Positions 1 through 5,346 of a DNA stretch of 5,346 nt are shown here, piece by piece; within the stretch, counting starts at the first letter, position 1, and the number at the start of each line of letters is the position of its first letter. Location: positions 1 through 5,346 of the forward strand of contig NW_021830072.1 of the NCBI RefSeq assembly GCF_006345805.1, in the 5' to 3' direction. This DNA comes from Octopus sinensis (lineage: Eukaryota). Position numbers and translations under genes: made by a program. The notes beneath the pieces are model-generated. The model made no database searches, was not told the origin of the DNA, and worked only from the letters and a program-made list of their open reading frames with translations.

Positions 1-318
1 AAAGAAAAATACAGACAGACAAGAGTTTGAAAACGAACCCAGGCCGAACATTTATATTGTGACTGAACAGAAAGAGGTTGCAAGGGTAATGGAGGAGTAT
101 GAATGGTATGAAATGGATGGACCAGATATGCAGTGCTGGAAAAGAAGAATATAGATAGTTTGTGTTGAGGTGGTGAGAGGGAGAATTGGGGAGGTGGAAG
201 GATACAAGAATGAGCGATGAATTCGTGGAATATATGGAGGACAGTTTCGGAGTAAGAATGGATATGGATGGTCTTCGTATTGGGAATGAACATTCAGGTG
301 ACAGTGAAAACAAAAGGA

Positions 319-327
319 CAGGTAAGT
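319..327 (+). promoter_or_regulatory. Candidate 5' splice donor (CAG|GTAAGT)
   Basis: Exact match to the canonical donor consensus. It follows a purine-rich stretch with an open frame from ATG 210 to 321 (MSDEFVEYMEDSFGVRMDMDGLRIGNEHSGDSENKRT). No transcript evidence; a 9-mer can occur by chance. Confidence 0.25.
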
Positions 328-446
328 GATGCTGGCGGAGGGGGCCGTTAGCATCGCTTTCATATTATCATTTTTCATTTTCATTTGCTCATAAATTTAA
401 TCATATGTTCTATGTCCCCATGTTTTGTTATGTCCGCCATTCTTCG

Positions 447-474
447 TAGCCCCTGGTGGGTAATAAAAAAATAA
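447..474 (+). mobile_element. Possible retroposon 3' tail remnant
   Basis: GTAGCCCCTGGTGGGTAATAAAAAAATAA: a small CCC/GGG stem-loop followed by an A-rich tail containing AATAAA. Resembles, from memory, the 3' end of another cephalopod SINE; no second copy in the window. Confidence 0.3.
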
Positions 475-922
475 CATGGAGGAAAGCACCTTCGAAAAGT
501 GTCTTGGTGCGACTATGAAAGGTATCTAATCAGAGGCGGTAAATTCGCCACAATAGAAGCAAGGTTCGAGTCAACGGAGCGTGCAAGGGAGTACTCGACT
601 TGAACTTGCAAAGTGGAAATATTTTATTTTTACCTTTATATCTGGGACGTAGGACGTGCCGGAAAAAAAATTTTAATTTTTTCCCCCCAGAAGTTGAGGT
701 AGGCTGGATTGTAGCCACACTTCTATACAAGAGGGAGGACAAGATACAATTGATCGAAATTACAAGAGCCGGGCTAACAATTCCAGTCTGTTATATATTT
801 TGAGCATTGTTATCACTAGCGATATCAAGATATAACTTTGTACTTTGCATGTTATGTGTAGATGTATATATATAGATGTACATGTAAGATGTACACATAT
901 ATATATACACATATATACATGC

Positions 923-964
923 ACTAGCACTATGACCCGGCAACGACGGGTCTTTAATGCTAGT
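923..964. mobile_element. Helitron-like 3' terminus (GC hairpin plus CTAG-T), readable on both strands
   Basis: ACTAGCA-ctat-GACCCG-gcaacga-CGGGTC-tttaa-TGCTAGT. GC-rich stem (934-939/947-952) followed 7 nt later by CTAG|T on +, and 6 nt later by CTAG|T on -. Matches the established Helitron 3' signature (subterminal hairpin, CTRR, insertion before T). Confidence 0.5.
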
Positions 965-974
965 ATATATATAT

Positions 975-1472
975 ATATAATAACAATTTAAATAATAAAA
1001 CATATGGCATACAACATATGTACATATCCTACATCTATATGTATATATACATGCATATATGAGTACAGGCCACCCAAATAAACGTAGAACACAACGAAAA
1101 CGAAACGTAAAAACAAACAAGGAAGCGGACTTTTTTAACAACGAAAAACAGAGTACAAGACCAACAATACAAGGAATATTCCCCTTCATCAGCTGCCCCT
1201 GTTTTTCGACTCAATGCGTGTTTCGATTGAGTCGAAACAGGGGCAGCTGATGAAGGAAATATTTATTGTATTGTTTGTCTTGTACTCTGTTTTTTGTTGT
1301 TAAAAAAAGTCCGTTTCCTTGTTTGATTTTATGTTTTCGTTTCTCGTTGTGTTCTACGTTTATTTGTGGTGTCCTGTACTCATATATGCATGTATATATA
1401 CATATAGATGTAGGTATGTGCATATATGTATGTATGTATGCATATATTTTATTTATTAAATTGTTATTATAT
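975..1472. repeat. Long inverted repeat / fold-back palindrome
   Basis: Left arm ~975-1215 is the reverse complement of right arm 1226-1472; loop GCGTGTTTCG at 1216-1225. Hand alignment of the inner part gives 176 matches in 192 columns (9 substitutions, 7 gap columns), including a perfect 42 bp run (1028-1069 vs 1373-1414). The distal ~55 bp align less well. Confidence 0.95.
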
Positions 1473-1527
1473 GATTGAACGCAACGCGTCGTTTTCTTAT
1501 TCTCCTAGTAAGTTTATATATATATAT

Positions 1528-1582
1528 GGCGGTGCCCCAGCATGGCCACAGCTCGTGAGCTGAAACTAGAATCAATCAATCA
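1528..1582 (+). mobile_element. SINE/LINE 3' tail-only fragment (subtype 2 tail) with (AATC)n end
   Basis: GGCGGTGCCCCAGCATGGCCACAG matches the 3' tail of the large SINE copies; ends in short AATC repeats. Confidence 0.75.
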
Positions 1583-1630
1583 TATATATATATATATATA
1601 TATATATAGTATATATATATATATATATAT
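1582..1630. repeat. (TA)n microsatellite
   Basis: Direct reading; one interruption near 1609. Confidence 0.97.
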
Positions 1631-1654
1631 GTGTCACGTAAGGATAGCATATTA

Positions 1655-1703
1655 CAGGGGTCGATGGGAAAACTAATTTAAATCAAAGGGTTGGGAACCA
1701 CTC
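1655..1703. mobile_element. Possible hAT/MITE terminal fragment
   Basis: AAAGGGTTGGGAACCACT (1685-1702) resembles the reverse complement of CAGTGGTTCCCAACC-type termini seen in hAT-derived MITEs. No partner TIR or TSD found. Confidence 0.3.
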
Positions 1704-1711
1704 TGCTATAA

Positions 1712-1756
1712 CCTTGTGAATGGATTTGGTAGACGGAAACTGAAAGAAGCCCGTCG

Positions 1757-1813
<57 letters not shown>

Positions 1814-2000
1814 TATACATATATATATATATATTATATATATACATATATATATATTATATATATTATATATATCTATATATATAGTTTATTATCGCCA
1901 TACTAATATGGCATCTTATAAAAATAAGAATAAAGCTGTCCGCTTATAGCTCCATGAGGCCATCGCCTTAAGTTAGCTATTTGATACACAAATATATATA

Positions 2001-2052
<52 letters not shown>

Positions 2053-2296
2053 TATTATATGTGTATATGTATATCAATATATGCGTGTGTGTGCATGCGT
2101 GTGTGTGTTTTTGCGTGTCTGTGTTTTTCTCCCCAACATCACTTGACAACCGATGCTGGTGTGTTTACGTCACCGTAACTTAGTGGTTCGGCAAAAGACC
2201 CGATAGAATAAGTACTAGGCTTACAAAGAATAAGTCCTGCGGTCGATTTGCTCGACTTAAGGCTGGAGCTAAATGACAGAAAAAAATAAAAGAATA
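1712..2296 (+). mobile_element. tRNA-derived SINE family 1, copy A (5'-truncated, expanded internal microsatellite)
   Basis: 1712-1756 and ~2115-2260 align to copies B and C (TGGATTTGGTAGACGGAAACTGAAAGAAGCCCGTCG; GATAGAATAAGTACTAGGCTTACAAAGAATAAGTCCT). The tRNA-like head is missing and the tail is rearranged. Confidence 0.9.
1757..2108. repeat. Expanded (TA)n/(TG)n tract inside SINE copy A, split by a ~105 bp non-repetitive insert (1887-1991)
   Basis: Direct reading. Confidence 0.93.
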
Positions 2297-2444
2297 TATA
2301 TCATTTCTATTATGTTAAAGTGACGTATATCCAAATTTGGTGAAATGTATTGTTTTCCAATATATATTTTTACTTGTATTAGCTAATACTTTTGGTCAAA
2401 CTATCGTATCTCCAGCTGCTTCAGATGCCAAGATACCAAAAATT

Positions 2445-2447
<3 letters not shown>

Positions 2448-2477
<30 letters not shown>
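2448..2477. repeat. (TA)15 microsatellite
   Basis: Direct reading; lies immediately upstream of SINE copy B. Confidence 0.97.
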
Positions 2478-2480
<3 letters not shown>

Positions 2481-2482
<2 letters not shown>

Positions 2483-2645
2483 GGAGTGGCTGTGTGGTGA
2501 GTAGCTTGCTTACCAACCACATGGTTGCGGATTCATTCCCACTGCGTGATACCTTGGGCAAGTGTCTTCTACTATACCCTCGGACCGACCAAAGCGTTGT
2601 GAGTGGATTTGGTAGACGGAAGCTGAAAGAAGCCCGTCGTATATA

Positions 2646-2688
<43 letters not shown>

Positions 2689-2905
2689 ATGTGTGTGTGT
2701 GTGTGTATGTGTGTATGTTTGTATTGTCTGTGTTTGTCCCCCCAGCATCGCTTCAAAACCGATTGGTTCGGCAAAAGAGTTCGATAGAATAAGTACTGGG
2801 CTTACAAAGAATAAGTCCTGGGGTCGATTTGCTCGACTAAAGGCGATGCTCCAGCATGGCCGCAGTCAAAATGACTGAAAGAAGTAAAAAAGTAAAAGAG
2901 AGAAT
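2481..2905 (+). mobile_element. tRNA-derived SINE family 1, copy B (near full length)
   Basis: Pol III A-box-like TGGCTGTGTGG (2487-2497), degenerate B-box GATTCATTCCC (2530-2540), CORE-like ACCTTGGGCAAGT (2551-2563), internal microsatellite, tail ...CCAGCATGGCCGCAGTCAAAATGACTGAAAG. Has a ~29 bp deletion at ~2763 relative to copy A. Confidence 0.92.
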
Positions 2906-2913
2906 ATATAAAC

Positions 2914-2957
2914 GGCGGTGCATCAGCATGGCCGCAGCTCTGAGCTAAAAAAAAAAA
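2914..2957 (+). mobile_element. SINE/LINE 3' tail-only fragment (subtype 2) with poly(A)
   Basis: GGCGGTGCATCAGCATGGCCGCAGCTCTGAGCTAAAAAAAAAAA; aligns to 1528-1563. Confidence 0.72.
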
Positions 2958-3139
2958 TATATGGCGGGAAGTGCAACGATGGTTTCACTGGCCGAAACTT
3001 CAATATCACTGTCAATAATATGTAAGAAACTTTAAAAAATAAGGAACGGGCGCTGTATTGCTTCAGCAACAAAAAGAAAATACAATCAAATTGGTACTCA
3101 AGCCTGGCCACTGTCTATAGATTAGTAGCAGACTATATA

Positions 3140-3231
3140 AATAAGTATTAGAGTCGATTCATTCAAATGAACCCGTCATAACTCTGACCTACAATGGCCG
3201 CTGTCTGATGACTGAAACAAGTAAAAGATAA
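3140..3231 (+). mobile_element. Diverged SINE 3' fragment
   Basis: AATAAGT..GAGTCGATT and ATGGCCGCTGTCTGATGACTGAAACAAGTAAAAGA align to the last ~90 bp of copies B and C. Confidence 0.6.
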
Positions 3232-3233
3232 AT

Positions 3234-3845
3234 GAAGCAGGAACCGTGCTGACTCCATGGAAAACCTTAGTTCTGAGCAGATTAGATTACTGCTCACAGT
3301 TTTGGTCTGCTTAGAAGAAATGGAAGGATAACAAAAAATGTTTGATAGTAAAATAACTTCAGTTAAAAGCCTCGATTGCTTGCAACGTCTGAAAGATTGA
3401 CGTCTCTACTCTCTTGAACGCCGAAGAGAGAGATATGCTATCATAAACGTATGGAAAATCCTGGAAAATCTTCTTCCAAACTTCAGCATTAGAGAGAACT
3501 TTAATGTACGAATTGGTAGACACTGTTATCTTCCAAATATATAAGCTGCAAAATCACGATAAAAACACTCTGCTGTGTTTGTCCAATATTTAGAAGACTT
3601 CAGTTGTTCAACTGCCTACCTAAAGAAACATATATCTAAGGAAACATTCAAAAAAATACATTGGATAACCTCCTAACGACGATACAAGACCAGCCAACCA
3701 TTCAGTGATACACTCAGGGAAAGATCAGCCGTTACGAACTCAATCACAGACCAACATCCGGCCATAAAGCAACAATAAAACTGAAAGATAATAAATTAAG
3801 GTTGTGCTCCAGCAAGGTCGGATCCCACAACTAAAATTATTAAAA
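3234..3845 (+). mobile_element. CR1-clade-like LINE, decayed ORF2 C-terminus and 3' UTR (5'-truncated)
   Basis: Across stops and frameshifts: LTPWKTLVLSRLDYCSQFWS (3249-3308), LYSLERRRERYAIINVWKILENLLPNF (from 3404), LFNCLP, LDNLLTTIQDQPT, TNSITDQ, stop at 3776-3778. These match post-RT motifs of CR1/L2-group ORF2 (L.YC..VW; L.SL..RR.R; FN.LP). Family recognised from motif memory. Confidence 0.85.
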
Positions 3846-3879
3846 GAATACAAGAAAGAAATATAAGATCAAATAAGAC

Positions 3880-4291
3880 TCTTTCTGTTTCTTTTGTTAT
3901 TTTGTTCTATTTTCTCTAATAACTTCCATACGCACTCTAACGTCTTTCTTTTCTTCATTTCGTCTTCATTTGTATGTCCCTATAACGGATCACTCTTTTT
4001 TCCTATTTCTCCTTCATTTCATTCTCTTTTTGCATATCCTTTTTCCTGTATCATGCCTGTTTTGCTTCCTCTTTCTTCATTTTCCGTCTGTTTTCCGCTT
4101 TCTTTTTAAACATTTTCATTCGCTTTTATAATTTTCTTTAGCTCAATTTCTCTTCAATTTCTTTTTATTTTTAATTCATTCACAATACTCTGTTCTCTCT
4201 TCTTTTTTCACTGTCTATCAGCCTATCTTTCTCTATTTGTCTATGAGTATCTCTCTTTCTCTTTCTACTTCTCTCTCTCTCTCTCTCTCTC
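3880..4291 (+). repeat. Pyrimidine-rich low-complexity tract ending in (CT)10
   Basis: Strong T/C bias on the + strand; pure CT repeat at 4271-4290. Confidence 0.85.
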
Positions 4292-4295
4292 AGAA

Positions 4296-4312
4296 TAGAT
4301 AGATAGATAGAT

Positions 4313-4362
<50 letters not shown>
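4296..4362. repeat. (GATA)n tetranucleotide microsatellite
   Basis: Direct reading; one interruption near 4311. Confidence 0.97.
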
Positions 4363-4363
4363 C

Positions 4364-4646
4364 ACGACGAGCGTTCCAGTTGATCCGATCAACGGAACAG
4401 CCCGGTCGTGAATTTAACGAGCAAGTGGCTGAGCACTCCACAGTTACGCCGCATATCCTTAACGTAGTTTTCGGGGATAGTCAGCCTGAATTACTGGTAC
4501 TACTCACATTCACCAACTGAGTGGACTAGCTGGAGCAACATGAAATAAGGTGTCTTGCTGAAGGACACAACACTCTGTTGGGTGTCGAACTCACGACCTT
4601 CAGATCGTGAGACGAATACAACAACCATTAATTCCCGTGCCTTCAC
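4364..4646 (-). mobile_element. tRNA-derived SINE family 2
   Basis: The minus strand starts GTGAAGGCACGGGAATTAATGG (degenerate A box), has B-box GAGTTCGACACCC (4580-4592) and a CORE-like TGTGTCCTTCAGCAAGACAC, then runs into (TATC)n. Body differs from family 1. Single copy here; family resemblance is from memory. Confidence 0.78.
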
Positions 4647-4647
4647 G

Positions 4648-4665
4648 ACAGACAGACAGACAGAC
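4648..4665. repeat. (ACAG)n microsatellite
   Basis: Direct reading; spacer between two SINEs. Confidence 0.9.
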
Positions 4666-4668
4666 ACA

Positions 4669-4886
4669 TACTCTTTACTCTTTTACTCTTTTACTTGTTT
4701 CAGTCATTTGACTGCGGCCATGCTGGAGCACCGCCTTTAGTCGAGCAAATCGACCCCGGGACTTATTCTTTGTAAGCCAGTACTTATTCTATCGGTCTCT
4801 TTTGGCCGAACCGCTAAGTACGGGGACATAACACACCACATCGGTTGTCAAGCAATGCTAGGGGGACAAACACAGACACACAAACA

Positions 4887-4921
<35 letters not shown>

Positions 4922-4923
4922 CC

Positions 4924-4954
<31 letters not shown>

Positions 4955-5128
4955 TATATTATTACATATATACGACGGGCTTCTTTCAGTTTCCATCTAC
5001 CAAATCCACTCACAAGGCATTGGTCGGCCCGGGGCTATAGCAGAAGACACTTGCCCAAGATGCCATGCAGTGGGACTGAACCCGGAACCATGTGGTTGGT
5101 TAGCAAGCTACTTAACACTCCTGCGCCT
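4669..5128 (-). mobile_element. tRNA-derived SINE family 1, copy C (near full length)
   Basis: Reverse complement aligns to copy B end to end. B-box GGTTCAGTCCC (5072-5082) intact, A-box region deleted, tail ends in AAAAGAGT octamer repeats (4670-4692). Confidence 0.93.
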
Positions 5129-5133
5129 ATTTA

Positions 5134-5187
5134 TATTCTTTTACTTGTTTCAGTCATTTGACTGCAGCCATGCTGGAGCACCGCCTT
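5134..5187 (-). mobile_element. SINE/LINE 3' tail-only fragment (subtype 1)
   Basis: Minus strand AAGGCGGTGCTCCAGCATGGCTGCAGTCAAATGACTGAAACAAGTAAAAGAATA, nearly identical to the copy C tail (~4688-4737). Confidence 0.87.
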
Positions 5188-5192
5188 AAACA

Positions 5193-5312
5193 ATATATAT
5201 ATAGAGAGAGACAAATAGACAAACAGAGAGGGGAGAGAGGTACATACATATATACATCGCTCTCTCGCTACCTCTGTCTCCCTTTCTCATTCCCTTGCTC
5301 TTTCTTTCCCCT

Positions 5313-5344
<32 letters not shown>

Positions 5345-5346
5345 AG
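5193..5346. repeat. Mixed simple repeats (TA, GA, CT-rich)
   Basis: Direct reading. Confidence 0.85.

Noticed and set aside
52-384. 110 aa minus-strand ORF
   Set aside because: S/P/I/Y-rich composition follows from the purine-rich + strand. No recognisable domain; a faint likeness to a retroelement ORF N-terminus could not be supported without a search.
530-803. Overlapping 70 aa and 67 aa ORFs
   Set aside because: Short, no motifs, and expected by chance.
791-1478. Four ORFs over the palindrome
   Set aside because: Mirror-image products of the inverted repeat and TA/CA low complexity (YI/CI runs).
2481-2550. tRNA gene
   Set aside because: Only A/B-box-like motifs of a SINE head; no complete cloverleaf, and it continues into the SINE body.
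2392-2878. 131 aa and 77 aa ORFs
   Set aside because: Read-through of SINE copy B and its microsatellites (YIYI, CVCV).
2958-3135. Upstream continuation of the LINE ORF2
   Set aside because: Translations show no convincing CR1 RT motif.
3204-3218. CTGATGACTGAAAC as a hammerhead
   Set aside because: No room for helix II; it is a point variant of the SINE tail AAATGACTGAAAC.
3894-4109. 71 aa F/S-rich ORF
   Set aside because: Translation of a pyrimidine tract.
1528-5187. CRISPR-like array from the recurring GGCGGTGC..CAGCATGGCC motif
   Set aside because: Irregular spacing, both strands, variable sequence and eukaryotic context; explained by retroposon tails.
4555-5189. Four ORFs over the SINEs
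   Set aside because: All lie within SINE copies and microsatellites (THTH, YIYI).

Overview
Non-coding, AT-rich, repeat-dense metazoan DNA with no supportable host protein-coding gene. From memory (no search run), the SINEs closely resemble octopus/cephalopod SINE families. Contents: three large copies of one tRNA-derived SINE with an internal (TA)/(TG) microsatellite (1712-2296 +, 2481-2905 +, 4669-5128 -), several short 3'-tail fragments, a second tRNA-derived SINE family (4364-4646 -), the decayed 3' end of a CR1-like LINE ORF2 plus 3' UTR (3234-3845 +) and many simple repeats. The most unusual structure is a ~500 bp fold-back palindrome (975-1472; ~245 bp arms, 10 nt loop, ~90% arm identity). 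It carries hammerhead core-like words (CTGATGA, GAAAC) near its centre and lies beside a 42 bp double-ended Helitron-like terminus. The LINE 3' UTR shares its tail with the SINEs, and that tail shows a hairpin with compensatory changes between subtypes. The ORF-track ORFs are mostly artefacts of repeats and low complexity.
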